Below, piece by piece: positions 38,291 through 51,060 of a DNA stretch of 64,000 nucleotides. Position numbers and translations under genes: made by a program. The notes beneath the pieces were generated by a model that did not search any database, was not told the DNA's origin, and saw only the letters and a list, made by a program, of their open reading frames with translations. The stretch spans positions 2,976,001 through 3,040,000 of the forward strand of contig NC_087437.1 of assembly GCF_036321535.1 (NCBI RefSeq), given 5' to 3'. The DNA is from Camelus dromedarius. Its lineage: Eukaryota. Position 1 is the stretch's first letter; each line of letters starts with the position of its first letter.

Positions 38291-40399
38291 TTCCTACTTG
38301 CTGGGACCCCGCCCACCCCAGTCATTGCTTTATCCTCAGTACCCAGCATACAGCAAGTGCATGCAGTATAGTCCATGGATGAATAGGTGAGAGCAACTCT
38401 TTGTTGGATTAGAAACCCCTAAGCAAATGCCACTCTGGGAAATGTCTTCTTTCCTGCCTTGTCACATGAAGGCAGTTAATTCAGTTCCTTAAACATGCTG
38501 GACACCTGGGTAAGAGTATGTCGCAGCTGGAGGTGTCAGGCATCTGCCCTGTGCTTTGATACTTGGGGAGACATTGCTGGTGGCAAAGTGGGAAGTGCAC
38601 TTGATGCCGTCAAGTCCTGTGAGCAGATGAGCCTGACGTTAGTGGTGCCAAAATGTGTTTCTCCAGATTTAGTTCATGGTAGTCATCCTAACTGATAGGT
38701 GAGGGTGCAGGAGGAAGCACCCACCTTACAGGGTGATTAGTGCACACAGTGCGGTTGGCCACTGACATGGCTTTCTCATCTTACTCCTGGATTGTTACCT
38801 AGGATGCCTGTGGTCACAGCAGTAGGGGAGCTTTGAAGTTCAAGGGGAAGGGAAGCCAGCATTTCTCTGCTCTTAGAGTCCTGGAGTAGTGGAGAGAGAC
38901 AAGGGAGAAAAAATTCCTGGTGGCCCCCACCTCGAGGTTCTTCCTTCCTCAATCCAGCTGACCTTGTACTAACTGGGAGCAAAGAACCATGGCTGCCATC
39001 ATGTGACTTGGGAAGGTGTCTTTGTGTCTCCCAGTAGTCCGCGAAGGAGGTGGGTGACCTGTGAGGACATGGGAGGGGAATCTCCCCGTTCAGCTTCCTT
39101 TTGTATTGGCCACTGGCGTGCACGTGTCTGCGTAGTATTATGAGCAGAGGTACGAAGAGAGCCAGGGGGAAGTTACCATTGAACATGTGCACAGCCCCCA
39201 CCCCAGCACTACCCCCTTACCCTGGACCCTGCCACAGTGCCCAGCAAAGAATCTGCTTATTTGGACACCAGACCTTCCATTTCACTGTTTGCTTAGCACC
39301 TGCCACTCCTCTCGCAGGAGGAGCAGCTCACGTGCATTGAGGCCCTGCTCAGTGCCCAAGTTGAACCATGCCATGTTTGGTAGATTCCTTGGTTTGAGGG
39401 AAAGGTAAATTGACAGCATTAAGACAGTCTAGAGCAACCTGATGAGGGATGAGGAAATACTATGTGGGCTTTTCTTTCTGCAGAGGCATGAAACCAAGGA
39501 CTCATCAAGTTATTATTATTTTTTTTAAATCAGGCTATTGTAATTCTTAGGAGGTGCTAGCTGCTTTGAAATGTAATATTTTGCAAAGCAGAATTTTTCT
39601 GTAATATGAATCGTCACCCTACATTATATCCTTTAGAAACTTGGATTTTGATCTGTTTAGTTACACTTGAACAATATTTGAGTTCAAGGGACACTGTGAG
39701 GTAAGGGATGCTGGGAAGGTGGCAGCCTGAAGGTATGTCCTTCATATCAATCCGTCTTGATAATCCCACATTATCTGCCTCCACTGAACCAAGTGGCAGA
39801 TGGGACTGACTTGCTGGGAAACCCTGGAGGTATGATGGAGGCCACGTTTCCTGGGATTTCTGGATAAGAGAGCAAGATCAGGAGTTTATTCCCCTTTGGG
39901 CCAGACAAGTTCTAGGAAAATACAGGGGCTGAGAGGCCAGGGGCAAAGAGTGATCAGAGGTGGCCCTATGAGAGATGAAAGGATCTCCTTAAAGAAGGTG
40001 TCCAAGTGTGGTCTTTGATGAGCCTGAAGGGCCTTCCTGGACCCCAAAGAACTGCTGGGAGTTAAGAGATCCTTTAAAACCCCGAGGCTAGGAGACACCC
40101 ACCTCTTGATTGGTCCAGGAGGTCTGGAGGGAGAGAGGCTTCCTCAAAGAGAAAGAACAGAAGATGTATGGTTGCTGCTCAGTGCGTCCTGATGACTGCT
40201 GCACTGTCACGTTTGCAAGTTTCCACCACCTGGAGTGACTGCCACTTGATGGTGGGAGGGGTACGGAAAGACTGTGTCAGAGGGAATGCGGCGTAGCCAT
40301 AGCAAGGAGGGACTGCCAGAACGCCTGGGGCAGATGTTGGCTGGTGAAGCTGAGCTCCTGGAGATGCAAGCTGACTAGTGATGATAATGAGAGTATTTA

Positions 40400-40920
40400 G
40401 GAGGATTTTCTTATCACATAAAAAAGTTATTGGAATTTTAAAATTATCTTTTAGGTTAAAAATACGATAGTTTAACTGAAAGAGAATGATTGCTACTAAG
40501 AACTAAAAGAAGATGAATGGGAAGAAATATTTCAAAAGAGACAACAAAAATAACCAAATATGAAAATAGGGAGGAATGCCCCAGGGGACAGTCTGAAGAT
40601 CCTCACCAGGCTTTCCAGAAGGTCCACAAAATAACAGGTGGAAAAGAGGACTTTATTTTAAAAAAATAATAAAAGACAGTTTCCTTACTTTGAAGGAAAA
40701 CTTGAGTCTATAAATTGAAAGTCCTCACTGAGTTCTGAGCAGGATTAATTAAAAAAAAAAAAAAGACACACATCTCGATTTCCAAAATAAGGATGTAACT
40801 GTCAAAAGCTTCTAAACAGCAAGAAGTTACTGGTGGGGTCAGGCTAGCACCAGGCATCTCCTCAGCAACTCTGGAAGCTAGAACATGGTAGAAGTAACAT
40901 CTATGGAAAATCTGGATTTT
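40400..40920 (+). mobile_element. Ancient L1 ORF1/HAL1-like remnant
   Basis: A-rich; caggctagcaccaggcatctcctcagcaactctggaagctagaacatgg resembles the L1 ORF1/HAL1 conserved block. Confidence 0.55.
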
Positions 40921-41933
40921 TACATCTGATGTTGAACTCTGGAAAGAGATCATTCCTAGTTTGAGACTGCATGACATAGAAGTGCTGACTGGATTATTGA
41001 CGGGACTTAGAAGACGAGTGGGCACTCCTCCTGGTACTATCACTACAGAGGAAGCCTTTTCATTGCATTTTCTCCCAGACCTTACCATCTCTTCCTGGGA
41101 AATTCCTTCCCAGCATCACAGAAGATGTTCTTGAAGATAGAAATATTTGAGAATATTGGTCTTAGCATGGGCCTTCTGTATCATCTGGTGCTCCCTGCTA
41201 GTTTATGAAGACCAGGAAACTGAGGAACCTCAAGGAAGTTAACCAAAGCTTCCTAGGCATTGAGTGGAAAAGTCAGGACAAGGCCCAGATCTGGTGTCCA
41301 GTCTAATGGTCCTTCCAATCTAGTTGAGGAGAGGAGGTCCTTCTTTTCTGTGGTCTCTTTCCTCTCCTACATGTACATTTTTTAAATTAAATAACCTTGG
41401 ATGGGTTTCTGTTGCTTGCAGCTGAAGGTCCCTAAATGATGAAAATCGAGCTGTTCTCTGTGTCAGTAATGACATGTACTCATGGGATTACCGATAGATA
41501 TTTCTAGGCTGACCTCTGCTTTCAACAGCTCAAATTTCCTAAAGTTTCTCTCTCTAGGGCTTACCCACTTTTTTACATTCAACAGGCAGCAGATCAGAGA
41601 GTGTCATTTCCAACGTGGCTGCTTCCCTGATGTTCCTCTTTCTGTCACTAATGGCACCATTACTCCAGAAATTCAAGTCGCTTTTCATGAAACACAATCT
41701 CATGATGTCACCCTCCTTCTCAGAAACCTCTCCCTTTCTCTGCTACTTGCAAGATCATGTCTGTTAACACCCTGGCCTAGCAAGCATGTCCTGGTCAGAT
41801 CTGACCACTTTATTGTCAGTCACTAGTTTTTTTTTCTATTCATACCTGGGACCATACTGGACGTTCCACCTGAAATGGATTTCCCTACCTGTAAAAATGT
41901 TCTCCATATTGCATATAATAAAAGAAGCTCTGG

Positions 41934-41973
41934 GTAATAATTGTACAGCAACTATACTTCAATTAAAAAAAAA
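41934..41973 (+). mobile_element. Ultra-short (about 40 bp) L1 3' terminus with TSD
   Basis: attgtacagcaactatacttcaatt plus A-tail, flanked by AAGCTCTGG at 41925-41933 and 41974-41982. Confidence 0.75.
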
Positions 41974-44900
41974 AAGCTCTGGCTCAGTGCTTAAAATCAA
42001 AGATACTGGGCTGTGTGTTAGTTACACTAACACTAGCTACGTGGCTTTGACCCTTCTGTTTGTTTTATCTTTAAGCATGCACGTTTTGTCTCTTCTAGGC
42101 CAGCCTGTTCATTTTATTCCTATAAACAAAGAAAAATAAGGCACAGAGAATTTTAGGGATGTGATCCATGTCTCATTGCTTCGGGGTAAAGGCAAACGAA
42201 ATAGATGTCAGGTGCCGTATCCTCAGGTGGCCTGTCTCTCAGGAGTCCCCTTGCCTGTTGCTGCCCTCGGCCTCCAGCTGTAAAGACTAATCTCTGCCAT
42301 GGGGATGGGGTGGGGGAGGGGGACTGTTTGGGCAGAATCTGTCTGTGAAACTTGTTTTTTGGGTTTAGGGTAACAGGAGCTGTTGGGATGTCTGAAAATT
42401 TTATTCCTGAGTGGCCTGCCTTTTCCACTGTTGGTTAAAAACGGACTTAATATAGTGGGAAATATTTTTCCAGGCAGGCATATTAGATAACTGCAGGCAT
42501 GCTAGAATGCAGAGACCTTGTATGAAAACAGGGTGCATTGAAACCACGGTGGAGTGAGGGATTCAACCATACTTGAGTTAGAGGGAGGGGTTTCTGTAAT
42601 AACGCTGGTGTCAGCACCTATTACACCCTCCGATCTCCCAGTTCTCCCTGTATTCCATGCGAGAGTTCCTGGTGCAGCCTAGCCGTTCCCATCACCAACA
42701 CGCAGGTCCTCATAATTCTTGAAGCATATGCTTTGTACATTTTAGAATATTTCAAAAATGCCAGTGCTAACTTTCCAGGCCTCCTGGAATTCGGGCTGCT
42801 CCATTTCTGGACAGGAAGACACTCTTCCAAACAGATGAGGCTATTCCTTCATAATGCCACGTCCTAACTCAAAAACCAGATCGTGCCTCTGGAGCTGTGA
42901 CAGTGCCGTCCTGGGAGGCTAGGGATGAACCTTCGATGTAACCTGTTGACAGAGCTGATTGGATCCCATATGGGTGCTGCAGGCAGGTGACAGAACGTGA
43001 TTAAAATGTAAGTGGTCTCCCTGCTGGGAGGGGGGTTTCTGGTGCACCCATCGCAGGGCTGTCTCCCCCCTCACCCTGTTAAGTGCCCCCAGCTCACCAG
43101 GATGGACGTTACTATGCTGCTCCTCTCCGCCCATCTTTCTCTGCCTTCACCATGCTCACTGATTGATCCCTCTCCCTCCTACTTGTTGACTTTTTCATTT
43201 CCTGCTTTCCTGCCTGAGCTCACATTATTTTTAATGGAATTTCTGGTTCTCTTTTCTCTCCACCTACTCTCTCTGCTCTGCCACAGTCCCCCAGCTATAA
43301 ATAACCCAGAGCATCCAACCTTTTGCTCTCCTGGAGAAATGAATAATTACAACTCCAAAGGAGGACACGTGGATCAAATCAGGCACTTAATTTCTTCAAA
43401 ACACAGTGTTTTATGGTGTCCTGGGCAAGTGGATGAGTCATGGCCAATTACTTCCGGGCGAGACAGCTGAGGTCTGGCTGATCTACAGCAGACTGAAAAC
43501 AGAGTGTGCTGACCAGTGTCAGAGGCTGGGCAGGAGTGCACTTCTTCCCAGTTCAGTGGCACGAGCCCTGGATGCCGACTCTGACATGTGAAGTGACCGC
43601 ATTTACTGACCAGTGCTTTGTAGAGAAGGTTCCTCTGTAATCTCTCTTTTACATCATCAAGTATCACAGATTTTGAGTTCCTGCTTGTGAAATGTGCCAC
43701 AACAGCAATTGTCTGTTAGAAATGATCTGTTTGGTGAAGGGGGAATTGAGATTCTCTTGAAGATATCGTTGAGGTGATGCTTTCTGAGACTGTCTCATGA
43801 TAAGTGCTCAGAGCACGCAGCTGGCGTCTGAGGGATGGGTCCACAGAGGACGTTGGCCGTCACCAGGCAGGATGGTTCTCTCTGGCTCCCAGTTTACAAG
43901 CTCTTCTCCGGCTTCCAAAGGCTGGCTGGGTTCCTTCCGGGGTCGTCTTGTTTTCTGGTATCTTGTCTCACCCTGGGACAACTTGCTGATGCCGACTCTG
44001 TTCTGGTGCTTTGTAAGTGGACTGTCTGAAGGAAAGTGAAGCATTTTCAACCCGAATGAAGTCTGCAGAACCTTTATGGGAGGCCAAGGGCCTCTCCAGA
44101 ATCCTGAAGGAGAAGATATCATTCAGAGACCCATGAGGAGAAAAGGCCTGGTCCTGGATTTAGGACTAAAACACACACACAAACTTAAAGAAAATATCGG
44201 TCATTTTACTGATGTATCGCAGACCTGGCTCCACACATGAAAGAGCCATGTGTCTAAACTCCCTCAAAAGAACAGATGCGCACGCGCGGGCGCACGTGTA
44301 TGTATGTGTGTGTGTGAATTCTGCTTTGAAAACAGAATAAAATAAAAGCTGCTATAGAGGAAATTACTCAGTGAGGTGGGAGGAAGGAAGTGTCATCTTA
44401 AAAGTTGAACAGTAAGGAGTGCAGTGGGCTTATTTTTTTTATTAAAAATCATTTAGCAGTAGATGCTTTTGGGTTAAAACCCGTTTTCTTTTTTAACATT
44501 GATTAGCTGCTTTTCGCTACAAATGACAGTTTCATTATAGAAAACAATTTTTTTCCATCTATTTATCCCCAGCTCCCAGCCCCCAGTGTCCATGCTAATC
44601 TCAAAGTTTCTGTCTTTTGTGAGGAGGAGGTATTATGCTAATTACTTGCTTTAACATATTCAGACCTTAGAGGTGGCTTTAGGGCCAGGTCTGCAGGGCT
44701 CTCCCAAAGAAATAAACACATCTTCAAAAGAATTTATTTCCTTTACCTGCATTTTGCTGCCTAAATAAGGGAGAAGACTTTGGATAAGAGTGATTTGTTT
44801 CGGAAAGGGCTGAAGGTGAAAGTCACACGAACACAGTGCTTCTTAAGTGTTACTATGTACATGGGTGGAATTGCTGGAGCATCTTTTTAAAAATGCAGAT

Positions 44901-45074
44901 TCTGGTTCGGTAGGGAGACAGAGCCACTGCTGGTGCTGGTCCTTGACCAAAGTTGGAGAAGCAGGGGCTGGCATTTCCCACGAGAACATCGTTGCACCTG
45001 CATCTTGGAGCTGTCTTGACTTTGTCTTCTGTAAGTTTATTCTTAATAAAATATCACCAAAGAATTCACCTTAC

Positions 45075-45560
45075 TGATATTTTGATTGGTATTGAATTGA
45101 ATCTATACAGCAATACTAAGTCTTCCAATATATCTCCATTTATTTAGGTCTTCTTTGATTTTTCTCATTGATATTTTATCATTTTCAGCATACAAATCTT
45201 GGGCATATCTTGCTTGATTTAGACTTTAATCTAAATTTAGAGTGCATCTAGATTGAAATATTTGTGGTGCCACTGTAAATAGTACTTTTAAAAATGTTAA
45301 TATTTCATTCCTTGTTAGTATAGACATGCTATTGATTTTTGTACACAATGTTCATATCATAATAGTGAGTTTGCTACTCACTATTAGTACTAATGGCTTT
45401 TTTGTAGACTTCTGGGATTTCCTATGTGAATAGTCATTTTGTCTGAGGATAGAGACAAGATTATTTCTTCCTTTCTAATCTGTAGGTCTTACATTTCTTC
45501 TTCCTTGCATTTTTGCACTAGCAAAGATCACTAGTATGATAGTGAATGGGAGTGCCTTAC
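45075..45560 (-). mobile_element. Old L1 ORF2 fragment
   Basis: T-rich; ttgattggtattgaattgaatctata...tttaggtcttctttgattt...ttatttcttcctttctaatc. Confidence 0.75.
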
Positions 45561-48399
45561 TGGTTCTTTTAAAGCTCAGTATATTATTTTAAACAATAAT
45601 TAAAACAAATCTGAGAGTGGTGTCTTAAATTGAGGGCCAATTGCCTATTAACATATCTTTAGGAGATTGCTTCGTAGTTACTGTCCTGCAAAAAGAGAAT
45701 CTTCCCTGTGGGTTAGGAACTTTCTAGGGCTCATCCTTTACCCACAGCTCCGGCTTCTGCTTTTGCACTTGAGGACGCCAGCGTTGAGTCAGACACCTCC
45801 TTCACGGACAGTTGTGCTCGCGGTAGCCAGGCTCCAGCTCCCACTTCCTGAGCCGTCTGTCCCTTGTCATCCTGCACAGCGAGCAGGAGTGTCTCCTGCT
45901 CAGACACCCCACGCTTGAATAGCTCCAACTAACAGCAGGTCTTGTGACTGTCTTTTGCTTTTTCAGAAGGTTACTGAGCATGAAATAAAAATCACAAGTC
46001 TCCTGTGCCCTGGTTTTAAAAAGGTTCTGAACCTAGGTGGTCCTGAACCTAGCCTCTCATAGCAGAGGAAACAGCGGGTGTGTTCTCCCTTCAGACATGT
46101 CGCAGCACCGTGGTGAGGTGGGAGAGAATGGGCATTTCTGTTCAGGCCTATCACCTCCCTGGTGCCCAGTGATGCACCTTGTACCTGTGCAGAGCCGTCG
46201 CCGGGCCCTCTTCCAGCTCTGCCCCTTGCTTCATCCCCAGCGTCCCTCAGCCTCCTTTATTATCACCAGTGGAAACCCTGGACAGAGAAATTACATGGGA
46301 CAGGAAGAGAAAGGGACACTGATGGATTTTGGAATCCATTTTTCAAATATAAATTTCCAAATTAGATATTGTAAGAGATCAAAGAAAATTAGGAATCTCA
46401 GCTCTCTTCACATTTCATTCTGTACGGGTATCATGTTGTTGTAAAGTCAAGTAAGATTTCTGCTACATATTTCATTGACTATATCCTTGAACAGCTTTGT
46501 ACAATTGTTACTGTATTTGCTGGGGGACTTTAAGGGGAAAAAGAACATAAAACAATATTTTCTCCACACATAAAACATTTATTCTACGTCTATTCAATAA
46601 TGGCCATTTGGATTTAGTCACTAAAAAATTGGGTAGAACTCAAAACTCAGCACAGCCCTCAAACCAAGAAATGTTTAGGGGAAAAAAGAACTTATCTGTA
46701 TGCACAATCACATTTTAGATATTGAAATTCTTCTTTTATAAAATAAAATCTATAGACTTCATCTTCTCTTGAAGCTTGAATGTAGACACGTTTTTATCTC
46801 TTGGAGATATGGTCATATGTCTCTAAGCCTTGTGTGATAAGCAGAAAATGGTCGGTGAAGACTTGTGGTTTTAAATGTCTCTCTGGTATGCAGAGTTGTC
46901 AGTGACATCCTGAGCATCACATTTCAATTGGAGAGCACAGGGACTTTGACTCAAAATTCAGGATAACTAGTATTTGTGTTGTTCCCTCAGCCCCCAGCCC
47001 TTCTGCTCCGGAACATTCAGTGGCTCCCCAGAGCCCCGTACACTACGTTTCAGCCATGTTAGCCCAGGCATCTTCACCTCCATGCTCAATCTGATCTCGC
47101 CCACTCCAGGGCGGCCGAACATCACACCAGACTGCCAACGGAGTGCAGGTGTGCTTCCCGATGCTTCTGGCTGGACAGGCTTTCTCTGCCTGCTGAGGTG
47201 GTGTTTATTTCTCAGCCACCACTATATCACACGTCATTGTCTTTGTAATACTTTCCTGTCTGCCTGGTAAGAGAATATGTATCATTCGTCTGCCTTTCAC
47301 AAAAATGACCTGTCTCTCTTCTTAGCACTGATTTCATTCTGTTTGGCTTTTCTTTTCTTCTCTCCATGTCTGACTCCCTGGTAGATTACAGTTCCATGAG
47401 GGTTGGACTCTTGGCTTACAGGTCCCAAATTTGCACTGTGTTTTGGCCATTGTTGGTGCTCAAGAGGTATTTTAAAAATAAGTGTATTTGAAGCAAAGCC
47501 TCTGGGGATGCACCCGCAGTGATTGGTGGGAACTCAAGAACCTGTCTTCCAGAGCAGCATTTGTGCCTGAGACAGGCCTGTGCACTTTTAGGGGCATTTG
47601 TTGACCTGCAGAAACCCCAGTCAACTCTGAACTCCTGCATTTGGGTGTTGAATCTGACCTCAGTAGCCACTGAAAGGTTTTATTTCCTCTGGCTGCGCAG
47701 CAATGTGTCCAGGCCAGTGGCTGGTCTCCTGGAGGTCACGGCTGTCATTGCCTTCGCCGGACACCTGCAGTCATTCAGGAAGTGGGCTCTGAATGTACTT
47801 TAAAAATGCATGTTGTACACTTTAAATATGTACAGTTTTTGTTTGTCTAGTGTACCTCAGTGAAGCTAGGAAAAACCTGCATTGTTTTGCATGCAAAAAA
47901 AAAAATATGTTACTCTGGGAAGTAAATTCAACACATTGCAGGGCAGCAGAGGACAGAATTATGGGCACTTTCCCAAGCATGTGTCTCCATATACACTAGT
48001 CGACTCCCGGGTTCCGAGTGCTGAGGGAAGGAGGAAGGGAGCACAAGGGAAGGATATTTTGGGTCCAGTTTTTGAGCTTTGGGGGCTTTGTATTCACAAG
48101 GAAGCACAGTGTTCCAGTGACCCGTGGTCGCGTGAGGCTCTCACATGGGAAAGGAGCCGCACTGGCCACTGGGAAGAATGCCATTGTTGTCAGACTTTTT
48201 TTTTTTTTAAATTTTGTGGATCTATTTCTAGGAAAAGTCTTATACTGGTAAACTGGGTTTACTAGAAAATAATAAGTGTGCGTGAAACTGAGATTATTCT
48301 GGAAAGCCTGGAAAATTTGGTAATAGTAAGGACAGTGTTTCCACCTCTGCAAAGGACATCCCCCTTTCAGTGTTGTGCAAGTGAGAGGACTCAGATTTA

Positions 48400-48830
48400 T
48401 CTTTGACACCCCCTGGTCAGTCTGTCATCAGGACCTGCCCATGTTCCCACGTCAACACCTGAAGAGCATCTCCTTCTTTCCAGCTGTCCCCCGGGTCCAG
48501 GCTCCTTTGGTCTACTAGACTGGTCTTCTTTCTGGCCCCCCTCTAATCGGTTCTCCATACTGCAGTTAGAGTGATCTTTTTAAAAATGCAAATCTGATTA
48601 TGCCACCCTCCAGCTTAAAACCTTTCAAAGGCATCCCATTGCTCCTGAGATAAAGACCAGAATCCTTAACGTGGTGGCTCCCAAGCCCTGCTTTCTCTGG
48701 CCCCTGCTTGGATCGGCACACCCATTACTTACTGCTGACCATCACTCCTCGCTCTCAGCCTCACCGCCTTTCAGCAACTCAGTTTCACTCTGGTCTTACA
48801 GCACTTTTGTCAATTGGGATGGGTCGATAT
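48400..48830 (+). mobile_element. L2 fragment
   Basis: ctccatactgcagttagagtgatctttttaaaaatgcaaatctgattatgcc...cttaaaacctttcaaaggcatcccattgctc. Confidence 0.75.
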
Positions 48831-49089
48831 TTGGGATGCGCACTTTCTGGTGTAATAGCTGCAACCCTGGGGAATAGGGAGCAGGCACCTGCTAGGAGCA
48901 CACGGCAGAGACTCTCTGAGATCCTTTAAATTAGTGAATTTGTTTTATGAATTGTTGGACCTCAGGAGAGTGTGACTTCTTCAAGGGCAGCCTCTGCCCC
49001 AGACAGTTCATGGACCTGTTGTCCACACCACCGGCACACTGTGGGCACTGGTTCAACACGTGTAGTGTGTTGACTCGTAAGTCACTCTG

Positions 49090-49540
49090 GCCCCGAGACT
49101 CAGAGTGTGATCAGACCAGCAGCATCAGCATTGCTTGGGGGTTTGTTAGGTCCAGAATCTCAGGAGTCACCTAGGCCTACTACTGATTCTGTGTCCTGCC
49201 CCAGCCAGTGTCACTATTTTATTGTTGAGGCGTAGCGTTTATACAGTAAATTGTGTCAAGTGTATGAAGTGTACAACTTAGTGTGTTACCTGCGTTATCT
49301 ACCACTTGTCAGATCAGATGTAGGACATTTCTAGCACCCAAGAGGTTTTCTTTCTTCAGTTTCAGTCAGTGCTTTCTGAGAAGTAACCGTGGTCTTACCT
49401 CTGTCCCAGTTACTTAGCCTATCAGCTTTTCATGTTCTTGAATTTATTAAGTACCATTCTTTTTTACTTGCTGTTTTCAGAACCTGCATTTTCACAGAAG
49501 ACCGAGGGGAGTTGTATGCACGGTCATGTTTGAGAAGGAT
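49090..49540. mobile_element. MER5A-like element split by an L1ME-like fragment (about 49200-49470)
   Basis: cagaccagcagcatcagcattgcttggg...cagaatctcagg, then cagaacctgcatttt...tatgcac...tttgagaag. Confidence 0.6.
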
Positions 49541-49550
49541 TCCTAAGGAG

Positions 49551-49710
49551 CATTCCTTCTCAACCCTGCTGGCACATTGATGTCCCCTGGTGCCTGGGTA
49601 CCACTCCCGTGGGTGCTGATTTCACTGGCTTTGGATGAGGCCTGGGCAGCAGAATTTCTAAAGGGTCCTCTGGGATTCTAACATGCTGCCACAACTGAAC
49701 AGCCCTGCTC
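49551..49710. mobile_element. MER5B-like element
   Basis: ttctcaaccctgctggcacattg...ggatgaggcctgggcagcagaattt...gattctaacatgc. Confidence 0.5.
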
Positions 49711-50569
49711 TGTGTCCCGTCTGCCTTCTGTGGCACAGCGCCTCCTGTCCCCTGACCCCTGCTGGGAAGGAGCCGTCATGCCTCTCGGAGTGAAGTGGAC
49801 TCGACAGGCGCATTTGGCTGCTCTCTAAGCTTACTGCTTTTCTCGCCTCCCACCTTGCCTAGATCCTGGAAAAGACATACTCAGGCCTCCGGTGTGGTGT
49901 CATCATCCCATGGGAGCAGTGGTGCACTGGCGCTGGCTCCTGCTGGCTTGTGAAGGCACATTTGTACTGCTCTTTCCAGTCATGCATTCAGCGACAACAT
50001 GTTGGTAGCTCGAAATTGGCTGTGATGGGAGTATTGACACCACTGAAATGGGCAAACACTGCCAGCCAGGTTCTTTTTCCTCCCCTGGGTCCTCCTGGAG
50101 AGTTGGTTTGCCATCACACATGCCCTGTAGGTAAATACAGCCAAGGAGAGGACTTTATATAGTCAAAGCAGTTATAAAGTGGTTGTCCCGTACCCCCGCA
50201 AGCTTTCATTTTGCCGACCCCTAACTTACTGTTGGGCAATTAATCATATGTCTCAGTGATGTTGGCAGTGTCTCCGCTGCTTGGGGGCATGAAGAGGTGG
50301 GCGCTTCCTGTGTCTTCCTTTCAGCTTGGTTGGAAACCCTTAGAATCATGCCTCCACAGTGTTCTGCTCGGTACACAGACAAGGGAGCAGAAGTCAGCGA
50401 CACACGTTACTGTATCCACGCACGGCCTTTCATTAAATCTAGTATTCTCTTGAGGTGGTTGGGCATTTGACTTAACTGGTTTCTGTTGCTCATTAAACGC
50501 CACTGATTACAAGGATATTTTGCAGACATTTTGTGAGTAAACCAGTGGGGCAGCAGTGATTTATGATTC

Positions 50570-50770
50570 GTAGTGGTTAAAAACAAGACTTTGGAGTCAG
50601 ATAGATCTGCTGACTGGTTCTCCTCCTGCTAACTGGGCAGCTGTGGGCCAGTTATAATATCTGTTTCATGTTCCTCATCTGTAAAATGAATATAAAAATT
50701 CTTTATGGAGTTATTGTGAGGATTAGTTAAGGTAAAACAGGCAGTACAGTAAGCTTCACACTGGACACAG
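50570..50770 (+). mobile_element. MIR SINE
   Basis: gtagtggttaa...gactttggagtcaga...ttcctcatctgtaaaatg...gttattgtgaggatta. Confidence 0.85.
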
Positions 50771-50779
50771 AGTGAAACT

Positions 50780-51060
50780 TGACTCGTTAGGAGTGGACTC
50801 CCAGGCAAGGATTGGGGTGCAGGTAGTTTGAGATGCAATCTCAGGAAATACTGGTGATAGTGGTGGGAAGGTGAGACAGGGAAGAGATGGAACCCAGTAA
50901 AGGTGCAGGTATCAAACAGATTTATACTGTAAGCAGTTGGAACTCATTCCTGCTGGGGAACGCCGAGAAACGGCAAAGATAGAACTGAGGTCTGTCCCCG
51001 TAGAAGACCAAAGAAGCTGAGGAGTTGACCATCAACCCAGTAGCAGAAGCTGTCCATGGG
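50780..51060. mobile_element. Old MaLR/ERVL LTR fragment
   Basis: gtgggaaggtgagacagggaagag...tactgt...ttggaactcattcctgctgggg resembles MLT1-type sequence. Confidence 0.4.

Noticed and set aside
49530..49563. Perfect 10-bp inverted repeat TTGAGAAGGA...TCCTTCTCAA (possible hairpin or miRNA)
   Set aside because: Explained by back-to-back terminal inverted repeats of two adjacent MER5-type elements, and too short for a pre-miRNA.
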